A DNA stretch of 64,000 bases from the NCBI GenBank assembly GCA_963788395.1, contig CAWBGV010000020.1:5195-69194 (forward strand), written 5' to 3'. The notes below the pieces were generated by a model, which was not told the origin of the DNA, ran no database searches, and worked only from the letters and a program-made list of their open reading frames with translations. A program made the translations under genes and the position numbers. Below, piece after piece: positions 18,937 to 28,343 of the stretch. Origin of the DNA: Candidatus Doudnabacteria bacterium (lineage in GTDB: Bacteria > Patescibacteriota > Doudnabacteria > UBA920). The first letter of the stretch is position 1. Each line of letters opens with the position of its first letter.

Positions 18937-19506
18937 ATGAAAAAATTAACTGTAACCCAAAAGCAAAAAGCCTTAGAAAAAATCGCCCGGGAGATTGAAA
19001 TCTGCAAAGTCTGTAAGCGCGGCAAAATCGGCAAAGCCGTGCCCGGCGAAGGAAACGCTAATGCTGAGATTGTTTTTCTAGGCGAGGCTCCGGGCAAAAC
19101 CGAAGCCGAAACCGGACGGCCGTTTGTGGGCCGGGCCGGCAAAGTTTTGCGCGGGCTAATTAAAGACTCCGGCCTAACAGATGAAGAGGTGTACATTACC
19201 AGTCCAGTTAAGTATTTGCCTAAGTATGTTACCCCCACTTTTAAAGACGTAGAGCACGGCAGAAAACATCTCAATGACCAATTAGATGTTATTGAGCCCA
19301 AAATTATCGTTTTAATGGGACGCATTGCCGCCCTGGCCATGCTTCAGCGCGACGTGTCAGTGGCCAAAGAACATGGTACAATAGTTGAACAGGACGGGCG
19401 CAAATACTTACTGACTTACCACCCCGCCGCGCCGTTATACAGCCCAAAGGTCAGGGCAGAACTAGTCAAAGATTTTGAAAAACTCAAAGAAATAATCAAC
19501 CATTAA
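18937..19506 (+). CDS. uracil-DNA glycosylase, family 4-type
   Basis: CxxC cluster (CKVCKRGK), GEAPG motif and C-terminal HPAAPLY. Confidence 0.8.
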   Translation: MKKLTVTQKQKALEKIAREIEICKVCKRGKIGKAVPGEGNANAEIVFLGEAPGKTEAETGRPFVGRAGKVLRGLIKDSGLTDEEVYITSPVKYLPKYVTPTFKDVEHGRKHLNDQLDVIEPKIIVLMGRIAALAMLQRDVSVAKEHGTIVEQDGRKYLLTYHPAAPLYSPKVRAELVKDFEKLKEIINH

Positions 19507-19508
19507 TT

Positions 19509-22079
19509 ATGCCGAATCAAAAATCCGTTCTTCTTCCCACTCACATTAAACCATCCCGCTACCGCATTATGCTGCGGCCGGATTTGGAAAAGTTTACTTT
19601 TTGGGGGGAAGAAACAATTTATTTGGATATTACCAAACAGTCCAAAGAGATAACTTTGCATGCCGAAGAATTGGAGATAGAGTCGGTTAATTTTAAGAAT
19701 TCCAAATTAAAAATTTCAAATTTCAAAATTACTTACAATAAAAAGCACGAGACCGTGACTTTCACCACGAGCGCCACTATCCCAAAAGGCTCCGGGGAGT
19801 TATTTTTAACGTTTCGAGGAGTTTTAAATGATAAATTGCGTGGATTTTATCGCAGTAAATATACTGTCGACGAGAAAGAAAAATATCTCGCAACTACTCA
19901 ATTCGAAGCCACTGACGCGCGGCGGGCGTTTCCGTGCCTAGACGAACCGGCCGCTAAAGCCATTTTTGACGTAACTTTGATTGTGCCGCAAGATTTAACC
20001 GCCATTTCCAATACCATTGAAACCGAAGTACTAGAACACGAAGCTGGTTACAAGATGGTCAAATTTTTACCGACGCCTAAAATGTCAACCTATCTGTTGG
20101 CTTTTATTGTAGGCGATTTTGAATTTTTGGAAGGACGCACTAAAAATCAGGTTTTAGTTCGGGTATTCGTCACGCCCGGCAAAAAGCACCAGGCTCAGTT
20201 TGCCTTGGACTGCGCCATTAAAACTTTGGATTTTTACGAGCAATATTTTGCCGTCAAATATCCCTTGCCGGTTTTAGACTTGATCGCTATTCCCGATTTT
20301 GCTTCCGGAGCCATGGAAAATTGGGGAGCTGTGACTTACCGGGAAACCGCCTTATTGGTAGATGCCAAACATTCCTCGACCGCCAACAAACAGTGGGTGG
20401 CTTTGGTAATTGCCCACGAGCTGGCCCACCAGTGGTTTGGCAATTTAGTCACCATGAAGTGGTGGACCCATTTATGGCTCAACGAAGGCTTTGCCTCGTA
20501 TATTGAATACTTGGCCGTTAACGAATTATTCCCGCAATGGGATATTTGGACCCAATTTGCTTACGCCGATTTAGGGGTGGCTTTGCATTTGGACGCGCTA
20601 AAAAATACCCATCCGATTGAAGTCGAAGTCCATCATCCTGATGAAATCAGCGAAATCTTCGACGAAGTCAGTTATAGCAAAGGCAGCAGCATAATTCGGA
20701 TGCTGGCCGATTACTTAGGCGAAAAAAACTTTCGCAATGGACTGCGTTACTATTTAAAAAAACACAGCTATGGCAATGCGGTAACCGAAGACTTATGGAA
20801 AGCCTTTGAAAAGATTTCCGGCAAGCCGGTCCGTCAAATAATGAAAAACTGGACGGGGACGGCCGGATACCCCATGGTTAAAATTATCGAACAGCCTAAC
20901 GCCTTAGAGTTGTCTCAAACGCGCTTTTTTACCAGCCCGATATCGGCTAAACAATACACCCAAAAGCAATCATGGTCAGTACCGGTAAGTCTGATGACCA
21001 ATAAGTCTAAAAGGGCCGATAAATTTTTATTTTCTAAAACGCGGCAAACTATTAAAAAACCAAAAGGGGAGTGGACAAAGCTGAATATTGGCGAGACCGG
21101 TTTCTATCGTACTGACTATCCCGCTCAAATGCTGCAAGCGCTTCAAAAACCTGTCCGCCAGAAAAAATTACCGGCAATCGACCGGCTGGGGATTATTCGG
21201 GATGCCTTTTCGTTAGCTGAGGCCGGCCAAGTATCAACAGCCCAGGCTTTAGAGCTGGCTTTGGGCTACGCCAAAGAAACGGATTATACGGTTTGGGTTG
21301 AGCTGGCTTCTGCTCTGGATCAACTGGATTTATTACTCCACCGGCAAAGCTACTACCCCGAATTTAAAAGCTACGGCCTCCGGCTTTTTAAAAATATTGC
21401 TCAAGAGCTGGGATGGGCAAAGCCTAATCGCGAATCCCATACTGCAACGCTTTTGCGTTCAATTGCCCTGTTTCATTTTGGAAGTTTTGGGGACCGAAGT
21501 ACGATTGATCGTGCCCGCAAGATGTTTCAAAATTACCTGAAAACTGGAGAAAAGCCGCCCGCTGATTTGCGCGGAGTTGTTTATACGCTGGCAGCCCAAA
21601 ACGGCGGCCGGAAGGAGTTTGAATTTTTAAAACGCGAATACATTAGAGAATCCATTCACGAGGAAAAAAATCGTTTGGGACGGGCGCTGGGACAGTTTGC
21701 TGATATTAAAATTTTACAAAAAACACTTGAGTTTGCAATTAGCGATTCTGTACGCTATCAGGACACTCCGTCGTTGACAGGCGCCGTGTTTACAAATCCG
21801 GCCGGTTCGGATTTGGCCTGGAAGTTTATGAAAACGCACTGGTCGTTGTTTTTAGAACGATACGGACAGGGGGGCCTGATGCTGAGTAGAATCATTAAAC
21901 CAGCTAGCCACTTTGCGACCAAAGCCGCTGCCGCCGACGTAGCCGCGTTCTTTAAAACCCACCAGGCTCCAGGAGCAGCACGAACCATTCAGCAAATTAT
22001 TGAGCGCATCAACTCCAACGCGCTTTGGCTGGGACGCGATGCCAAAAAAATCGGCAATTTTTTAGCCGGCCAGCGCTAA
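19509..22079 (+). CDS. pepN: M1-family zinc aminopeptidase (aminopeptidase N-like)
   Basis: GAMENWG exopeptidase motif and HELAHQWFGNLVT...WLNEGFA zinc site, 856 aa with an ERAP1-like C-terminal domain. Confidence 0.9.
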   Translation: MPNQKSVLLPTHIKPSRYRIMLRPDLEKFTFWGEETIYLDITKQSKEITLHAEELEIESVNFKNSKLKISNFKITYNKKHETVTFTTSATIPKGSGELFLTFRGVLNDKLRGFYRSKYTVDEKEKYLATTQFEATDARRAFPCLDEPAAKAIFDVTLIVPQDLTAISNTIETEVLEHEAGYKMVKFLPTPKMSTYLLAFIVGDFEFLEGRTKNQVLVRVFVTPGKKHQAQFALDCAIKTLDFYEQYFAVKYPLPVLDLIAIPDFASGAMENWGAVTYRETALLVDAKHSSTANKQWVALVIAHELAHQWFGNLVTMKWWTHLWLNEGFASYIEYLAVNELFPQWDIWTQFAYADLGVALHLDALKNTHPIEVEVHHPDEISEIFDEVSYSKGSSIIRMLADYLGEKNFRNGLRYYLKKHSYGNAVTEDLWKAFEKISGKPVRQIMKNWTGTAGYPMVKIIEQPNALELSQTRFFTSPISAKQYTQKQSWSVPVSLMTNKSKRADKFLFSKTRQTIKKPKGEWTKLNIGETGFYRTDYPAQMLQALQKPVRQKKLPAIDRLGIIRDAFSLAEAGQVSTAQALELALGYAKETDYTVWVELASALDQLDLLLHRQSYYPEFKSYGLRLFKNIAQELGWAKPNRESHTATLLRSIALFHFGSFGDRSTIDRARKMFQNYLKTGEKPPADLRGVVYTLAAQNGGRKEFEFLKREYIRESIHEEKNRLGRALGQFADIKILQKTLEFAISDSVRYQDTPSLTGAVFTNPAGSDLAWKFMKTHWSLFLERYGQGGLMLSRIIKPASHFATKAAAADVAAFFKTHQAPGAARTIQQIIERINSNALWLGRDAKKIGNFLAGQR

Positions 22080-22086
22080 CTTGAAC

Positions 22087-23103
22087 ATGCCAACTACGAA
22101 AATATTTAAAATTGTTGGGGATGCAAAGGCTGATGCTCAGTCTATTTTCGAAGCGGCCAAGTTGATTCAGCAAGGCGGTTTAGTAGCTTTTCCAACTGAG
22201 ACAGTTTACGGTCTTGGGGCAAATGCTTTTAGTCCCCAAGCGGTCAATAAAATTTTTGCCGCTAAACAACGGCCGGCCTGGGACCCGGTTATCGCCCATA
22301 CCTATTCTTTAGAGGCCTTAAAACAACTTATATCTACTCCGCCAGCTTTTTTTTCAAAGCTGGAACAATTTATTCCTGGACCGTTAACCATTTTACTGGA
22401 TCAGAAAGACGCAATATCTCAATTGGTAACCGCTTCGGCCGGTAAAATTTCTTTGCGGGTTCCCGCTAATTCTATCGCCCAACAATTTATACAAGCCGCT
22501 GGCCTGCCGATTGCCGCGCCCAGCGCCAATCTATTTAGCCGTCCCAGTCCAACTACCGCGGCCCATGTTTTGGAAGATCTGGAGGGTAAAATAGATGGGA
22601 TTATAGACGCCGGCCCCACAGAGGTGGGGGTAGAATCGACGGTTTTAGATCTAACCACTAATCCGCCAACAATTTTGCGGCCGGGCGGCATAACTCGCGA
22701 GCAGCTGGAAACGGCCTTGGGTTTGCCGGTGGAATTTACAACTTCTCAAGCTGATACCCAACTGCAAGCCGCCTCACCCGGGTTGTCGTTGGTGCATTAT
22801 TCGCCCCGAGCTCAAATCGTATTGGTTACCGACGAATCCGCTCTAAACAAGGCTTTAACAGACTATAAAGACCAAAACAGGGGAGTCATGTTGCCTAAAA
22901 CTTGGCAGATTACCGATGTTAAAGCTGAAGTTTATGAATGGGGCGATTGGAATAATCCTGCCGAGCTGGCTCATAATTTATTTGCAGGTCTTCGGGAATT
23001 GGATCGGCGGCAAGTCGCGGTAATTATTTGCCCAATTCCCCAAGGAAACGGCTTAGCCATAACTTTGCGTGATCGGCTGCATCGGGCCTCTGCCCAGTCT
23101 TGA
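22087..23103 (+). CDS. tsaC: L-threonylcarbamoyladenylate synthase (Sua5/TsaC, YrdC + Sua5 domains)
   Basis: GGLVAFPTETVYGLGANAF and SANLFSRPSPTTA motifs. ATG 22087 is preferred over TTG 22081. Confidence 0.85.
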   Translation: MPTTKIFKIVGDAKADAQSIFEAAKLIQQGGLVAFPTETVYGLGANAFSPQAVNKIFAAKQRPAWDPVIAHTYSLEALKQLISTPPAFFSKLEQFIPGPLTILLDQKDAISQLVTASAGKISLRVPANSIAQQFIQAAGLPIAAPSANLFSRPSPTTAAHVLEDLEGKIDGIIDAGPTEVGVESTVLDLTTNPPTILRPGGITREQLETALGLPVEFTTSQADTQLQAASPGLSLVHYSPRAQIVLVTDESALNKALTDYKDQNRGVMLPKTWQITDVKAEVYEWGDWNNPAELAHNLFAGLRELDRRQVAVIICPIPQGNGLAITLRDRLHRASAQS

Positions 23104-23132
23104 CGGAGCAAAGTATCTTAAAATGGGCGGCA

Positions 23133-23161
23133 TTGCCAAAAAATTAGATTTCGTTTATAAT
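23133..23161 (+). promoter_or_regulatory. sigma70-type promoter for secDF
   Basis: TTGCCA, 17-nt spacer, TATAAT. Confidence 0.55.
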
Positions 23162-23200
23162 GCCCAAAGACGTTTAAAATACCTTATTTAACGAGCATTC

Positions 23201-24694
23201 ATGCATCCTAAAGCCAAACTTTACCTGTCCTTTTTCGCGGTCCTTATCCTGGCCGCAGCAGCGCTTTACATAGACCTGCCACAAGGCAGCAAAATCGATC
23301 TTACTAAGCTTAAAATCCCATATCAGCAATTCTTTTCGGTCCACTTAGGTCTTGACCTGCAGGGTGGGTCTAATTTGGAATACCAAGCTGATTTTTCCAG
23401 CATCCAACCGAGCGACCAAGCTGACGCGCTCAACGCGGTGCGCGACACCATTGAACGCCGCGTTACCAGCCCCGAATTTAATAAAAACTTAACGGTAAGC
23501 GAGCCTCAGGTAGAAACCAGCGGTACTGACCGGATAATTGTAGAGCTGCCGGGAGTTAATAATGTCGACCAAGCCATTAGCGATATCGGTCAAACCCCGA
23601 CCTTAGATTTTCGCCTGCCCAATCCCAACCCACCGGCGGCTAACGTCAGCGCTTCGGGTACCATCGCTTTGAGCGCTAACGATCAGTGGATTCCCACTGG
23701 CCTGTCTGGCAAGCAGCTGACCAAGGCTGATGTGGATTTTCAACAAAACGCCGGCACCCAAAGCGGCGTGGTTGTGACTCTCAATTTCAATAGCGACGGG
23801 GCAAAGCTGCTTTCGCAAATTACTTCCCAAAATATTGGCAAGCCCATGGCCATCTTTTTAGATGGGCAAATTATCGAAGAGCCGACTATTCAAAGCGCCA
23901 TTACCGACGGCACCGCGGTAATTACCGGTAATTTTACGGTGGCTCAGGCGAAAGAATTAGCCACCAACCTAAACAGCGGCGCATTGCCGGTTCCGATTCA
24001 CTTAATATCCCAGGAAAATGTCGGGGCGACTTTAGGCCAGCAATCCATTGAGCAGTCAGTCATAGCCGGTTGTATTGGAATTTTACTCATTGCCCTGTTT
24101 ATGATCATTTATTACCGCTTTCCCGGATTTTTGGCGGTCTGCGCTTTGCTTTTATACGCCTGCGTATCTTTTGCCATCTTTAAAATCGGTATTTCCTTTG
24201 TGGCTGTGGTCTTGGTTGGTTTATTCTTCTTTCTCGGCCTGACGGTTAATTCCTGGTTTGGAGTTTTAGCCTTTGCCGCCTATATTATTTTGATGTTCAT
24301 GAAAAATCTGGCCCCGGTCACGTTAACGTTGGCGGGTATTGCTGGTTTTATTTTGTCCATTGGTATGGCAGTCGACGCCAACATTTTGATATTTGAGCGC
24401 ATTAAAGAAGAAATTCGGGCCGGCAAAGACATTCACAAAGCAGTCGATGACGGTTTTGCCCGCGCCTGGCTCTCGATCCGCGATTCGAATGTCTCAAGCT
24501 TAATCACCACTCTGATTCTGTATATGTTTGGGACGGCGGCCATCCAGGGTTTTGCCGTTACCCTGGGAATTGGGATTTTAATTTCCATGTTCACGGCTAT
24601 TACGGTCACCAGGACACTGCTGCGGTTGTTCGTTGGTAATAACATTTTAACTCATCCTTGGTTATTCGGGGTCAGTAAGCTTAAGAATTCTTAG
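23201..24694 (+). CDS. secD: protein translocase subunit SecD
   Basis: LGLDLQGGS periplasmic-domain signature and C-terminal 6-TM region with AGFILSIGMAVDANILIFERIKEE. Confidence 0.9.
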   Translation: MHPKAKLYLSFFAVLILAAAALYIDLPQGSKIDLTKLKIPYQQFFSVHLGLDLQGGSNLEYQADFSSIQPSDQADALNAVRDTIERRVTSPEFNKNLTVSEPQVETSGTDRIIVELPGVNNVDQAISDIGQTPTLDFRLPNPNPPAANVSASGTIALSANDQWIPTGLSGKQLTKADVDFQQNAGTQSGVVVTLNFNSDGAKLLSQITSQNIGKPMAIFLDGQIIEEPTIQSAITDGTAVITGNFTVAQAKELATNLNSGALPVPIHLISQENVGATLGQQSIEQSVIAGCIGILLIALFMIIYYRFPGFLAVCALLLYACVSFAIFKIGISFVAVVLVGLFFFLGLTVNSWFGVLAFAAYIILMFMKNLAPVTLTLAGIAGFILSIGMAVDANILIFERIKEEIRAGKDIHKAVDDGFARAWLSIRDSNVSSLITTLILYMFGTAAIQGFAVTLGIGILISMFTAITVTRTLLRLFVGNNILTHPWLFGVSKLKNS

Positions 24695-24713
24695 CTAAAT
24701 AACTTTCAAATCA

Positions 24714-25604
24714 ATGTTCGACGTAATTAAGTATTACAAGTTGTGGTTTTTCATTTCCGGCCTGATTCTTTTGTTTGGTGTAGTTTCTTTGTCTTTATAC
24801 GGCTTAAAGTTAAGCATAGATTTTAAAGGCGGCACTATGATTCAGCTGCAGTTTAGCAGCCCCCCGGATTTGAATAAAATCCGCACCGTACTCTCTAACG
24901 ATAAAATCGGAGATTTCCAAATCCAAACCGCCTCCAATAATAACGTTATTATTAAAACGGAAACTTTAGATAACACCACTTCCAGCAAAATATTGGGACA
25001 AATCCAGCAGCAAGTCGGAAGTTTCAAAGAGCAAGAACTGGAATCTATCGGACCGGTTATCGGCAAAGAACTTGAACACAACGCGGTGTATGAATTATTA
25101 CTTGTCGCCTTAGGTATAGTTTTATATATTGGATACGCCTTCCGGAAAGTCGCTAAGCCGGTCACATCTTGGCGCTTTGGTTGGGCCGCGATTATCGCCT
25201 TGGTGCATGATTTACTTTTTGTCCTGGGTGTCTTTTCTATTTTAGGTCACTTTTGGGGGATAGAGGTCGACAGCTTGTTCGTCACGGCTATTTTAACTGT
25301 TTTAGGATTTAGCGTGCACGATACCATAGTGGTCTTTGACCGGATTCGGGAAAATTTAAGAGTCTATGCCGGCCAAAGTATAGAATTTGTGGTCAATCAC
25401 AGCATTGCTCAGACCGTCGTGCGTTCTCTGAATACCAGCTTGACCGTTTTATTTGTCTTGTTGGCCTTATTATTGTTCGGTGGCGAAAGTATTCGCTGGT
25501 TTGTTTTCGCTTTATTTATAGGAATTATCGTCGGAACCTATTCTTCTATTTTTATTGCCAGCCCGGTCTTAGTTTTGTGGCAGCGCAGAGCCCTCAGAAA
25601 GTAA
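24714..25604 (+). CDS. secF: protein translocase subunit SecF
   Basis: SIDFKGGT signature and GFSVHDTIVVFDRIREN, adjacent to secD. Confidence 0.9.
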   Translation: MFDVIKYYKLWFFISGLILLFGVVSLSLYGLKLSIDFKGGTMIQLQFSSPPDLNKIRTVLSNDKIGDFQIQTASNNNVIIKTETLDNTTSSKILGQIQQQVGSFKEQELESIGPVIGKELEHNAVYELLLVALGIVLYIGYAFRKVAKPVTSWRFGWAAIIALVHDLLFVLGVFSILGHFWGIEVDSLFVTAILTVLGFSVHDTIVVFDRIRENLRVYAGQSIEFVVNHSIAQTVVRSLNTSLTVLFVLLALLLFGGESIRWFVFALFIGIIVGTYSSIFIASPVLVLWQRRALRK

Positions 25605-25630
25605 TTCCCTAAAATTGAAATTTACTATAA

Positions 25631-25657
25631 TCCCTCTTATTTAAGAGGGATTTATTT
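25631..25657 (+). terminator. rho-independent terminator after secF
   Basis: TCCCTCTTA-TT-TAAGAGGGA followed by TTTATTT. Confidence 0.7.
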
Positions 25658-25669
25658 ATGTTTGTTTAT

Positions 25670-25698
25670 TTGACTTTAATACCTCTTTATGCTATACT
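25670..25698 (+). promoter_or_regulatory. sigma70-type promoter
   Basis: TTGACT, 17-nt spacer, TATACT. Confidence 0.55.
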
Positions 25699-25781
25699 AA
25701 AGCAAATTATTGGTACGGAACTGTGGTCTAGATATTTTGGAGCAGAGACCAAAAATTTTTGATTATCAAAAAAATTTATTT

Positions 25782-26873
25782 ATGGGTATTTTAGATACTA
25801 TAATTCAGACCAAGCAAACTGATTCGTTAAAACAATTTCGGCCCGCCGAGATCGTTAACGAAATTTTAGCTACGCTTAAAAACCGCGACCGCCAGATTCT
25901 GATCCAAAGATACGGTTTAAACGGTCAAGAAATCAAGACCCTGGCTGCCATTGGCAGCGAGCAGCATTTAACGCGCGAACGGGTCCGGCAGATTGAAAAA
26001 GAACTCCTAAAAGGTTTAAAGAAAACCGGACTAAGCAAAGAATCCTTTGCCGCGACTCGCGAATTACTGTTATCTACGATTTCGGAACATGGCCGGATTA
26101 TGGCCCAGGATACCTTATTGCGCCACTTGGGAGTTAAGTCCGAGGAAGACCGCAACGCAATTATTTTTTTACTGCACTTAATTGAGGAATTAGAGTCTTA
26201 CCTTCACCAAAACTATAAAAAGTGCTGGGTAACGATTCTGTTTAATAAGCAACTGCTTCATGAATTTTCTTCCGAAAGCAAGGGGATCTTGGCCAAAGTC
26301 GGAAAACCATTGTTCGCGGAAGAGTTTTTGGCAGAATTTAAGCAGACCGAAACCTACAAAAACAATCAAACCGAATTTTCCGATAGCACGGTCCTCAACT
26401 TTTTAGATTTAGCCCAAGAAATCGAGCGGAATGTCTTTGAGCAATGGGGTTTGGAAGCCTGGAAAGAAATTAAACCTAAGGATGTAGGCGACAAGGCTTA
26501 TTTAGTCATGAAGCATCATAAAAAACCGGAACATTACTCGGTTATCACCGACATGATTAACAAAGCCCAGTTTGATGATCGTAAGGCCTATAAAGAAACT
26601 GTCCATAACGAACTTATTAAAGATACCCGGTTCATTTTGATCGGCCGGGGCATTTATGCCCTCTCGGAATGGGGATTTAAAGCCGGCGTGGTGGCTGATG
26701 TTATTACTGAGGTACTTAAAAATGCCAACGAGCCTTTAAGCCGCGATCGGATTATTGAAGAAGTTTCCAAACGCCGCATGGTCAAAAAGAACACTATTTT
26801 AGTCGGCTTGTCGAATAAGAAATTGTTTAGAAAAGTAGGCAAAAATTTGTACGAGCTAAATCCGGCAGCCTAG
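25782..26873 (+). CDS. DNA-binding protein: sigma-70 region-4-like HTH plus two C-terminal HARE-HTH-like modules
   Basis: RDRQILIQRYGL...TLAAIGSEQHLTRERVRQIEKE is a region-4 signature without regions 2/3. The C-terminal halves resemble winged-helix HARE-HTH (YSVITDMI...IGRGIYALSEWG; SRDRIIEEV...KVGKNLYEL). ATG 25782 preferred. Confidence 0.65.
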   Translation: MGILDTIIQTKQTDSLKQFRPAEIVNEILATLKNRDRQILIQRYGLNGQEIKTLAAIGSEQHLTRERVRQIEKELLKGLKKTGLSKESFAATRELLLSTISEHGRIMAQDTLLRHLGVKSEEDRNAIIFLLHLIEELESYLHQNYKKCWVTILFNKQLLHEFSSESKGILAKVGKPLFAEEFLAEFKQTETYKNNQTEFSDSTVLNFLDLAQEIERNVFEQWGLEAWKEIKPKDVGDKAYLVMKHHKKPEHYSVITDMINKAQFDDRKAYKETVHNELIKDTRFILIGRGIYALSEWGFKAGVVADVITEVLKNANEPLSRDRIIEEVSKRRMVKKNTILVGLSNKKLFRKVGKNLYELNPAA

Positions 26874-26895
26874 AAAAGAAACAAAATCCATTTTC

Positions 26896-28218
26896 ATGTA
26901 CATGTTTAACAATGTTTTTCCTAATTTTTCAGAAATATTCCGCATTCTGGTGGTTTTTTTTATTGACGGCGGCTGGCTTTTAGCCGTGGCCGCGACCTTG
27001 CGGATTTTGTATTTAATGTACAAAGCCGAAATCGGCCACCAGTTTATCCACGAACAAGAGTGGGTCTTTTTGAACATCAAAGTGCCGAAGGAAAATCTAA
27101 CCAGTACTTTGGCCGTAGAGTCAATTTTTGGCCAGCTTCACGCGCTGCATTCCAGCTTAACCTTTGCTCAAAAATATGTGGAAGGCCGGGTGCAGCTCTG
27201 GTATTCGCTGGAAATTGTGAGTATGGGCGGGAAGATTTCTTTTATTGTCCGCGCGCCTCTGAAAAGCCGGGATTTAGTTGAGGCGGCAATTTATGCCCAA
27301 TATCCAGACGCGGAAATCAGCGTGATTTCCGATTACATGGAAAATATTAAATACGATCCGGAAACCAGCGAGTTTGATATTTGGGGCACGGAATGGAAGT
27401 TAAATGATGAAGATGTAATTCCGCTAAAGACCTATAAAGACTTTGAACATCCCAGCGCGGAAGAAAAAATTATTGATCCCTTGGCAGCGCACTTTGAAGC
27501 CTTGGCTAAAATGGAGCCTCACGAATTTTACGGTGTCCAAATCATGATTCAGCCATTGGGCGATGACGAGTGGAAACCGAAAGGCGAAAATGTAGTCAAG
27601 GAATTGACCGGCGAAGAGGTGGAGCACGAGCATCATTGGCGCGACATTTTTTTAGCGCCGCTGAATTGGTTTGCGAATTTTAGCTACAAAGAAGCAATTT
27701 TTGGCGGCCATGGCCATGGGGACGACGAAAACAAACCCAAAAACTACTGGCAATTTATGACCGATGCCCAAAAGGAACGCGTCAATGCCATAGAGCGGAA
27801 AATCGGCAAACCCGGTTATAAAACCAGAATTCGCCACCTATATATTGCTCCCAAAGAACAGTTTGATAAAAACAAGAAGGCCGTAGTTATCGGCTCTTAC
27901 CGCCCTTTGGGCTCGGCCATGACCAACCGATTGAAGCCGGAAACCAAACGAACCTTTACTTCGGTAGAATATAAAATTTCTCCCACTTTAGAGCAACCTT
28001 TTATAACATATGAGTTAAACCGCAGAAAAAGGAACATCTTTAAAGGCTATAAAAACCGCGACATTCATATTGGGATGCCGATGTTCGTCTTAAATATAGA
28101 AGAGTTGGCCACTTTATACCATTTTCCCATCAGTACTCATCCGGTGATGACTGCCGTTGATAAGACCGAAACTAAAAAAGCCCAAGCCCCCGTCAATTTG
28201 CCTGTGGCCGAGGGATAG
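26896..28218 (+). CDS. membrane-anchored protein of unknown family (440 aa)
   Basis: Single N-terminal hydrophobic helix, then a large soluble region. No family recognised. Sits directly upstream of the VirD4/TraD-like ATPase. Confidence 0.6.
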   Translation: MYMFNNVFPNFSEIFRILVVFFIDGGWLLAVAATLRILYLMYKAEIGHQFIHEQEWVFLNIKVPKENLTSTLAVESIFGQLHALHSSLTFAQKYVEGRVQLWYSLEIVSMGGKISFIVRAPLKSRDLVEAAIYAQYPDAEISVISDYMENIKYDPETSEFDIWGTEWKLNDEDVIPLKTYKDFEHPSAEEKIIDPLAAHFEALAKMEPHEFYGVQIMIQPLGDDEWKPKGENVVKELTGEEVEHEHHWRDIFLAPLNWFANFSYKEAIFGGHGHGDDENKPKNYWQFMTDAQKERVNAIERKIGKPGYKTRIRHLYIAPKEQFDKNKKAVVIGSYRPLGSAMTNRLKPETKRTFTSVEYKISPTLEQPFITYELNRRKRNIFKGYKNRDIHIGMPMFVLNIEELATLYHFPISTHPVMTAVDKTETKKAQAPVNLPVAEG

Positions 28219-28343
28219 CTTAATATAGTAAGTAGGTGGTAGGTAATTCACAAATTCACAAATTTAGAAATTCACAAATTTAGTTTTAGGAATTTTAAGA
28301 TACTTGTAAAATCATTTTTTTCCGCTTACACCCTCCTCTTCCT

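Noticed and set aside
19690-19735. An AT-rich string inside pepN (AATTCCAAATTAAAAATTTCAAATTTCAAAATT) resembles the intergenic spacer at 5543-5577, suggesting an in-frame repeat insertion.
   Set aside because: The similarity is between low-complexity A/T words. The pepN frame is intact and the encoded NFKNSKLKISNFKIT fits a variable loop of the N-terminal domain. No flanking duplication is visible.
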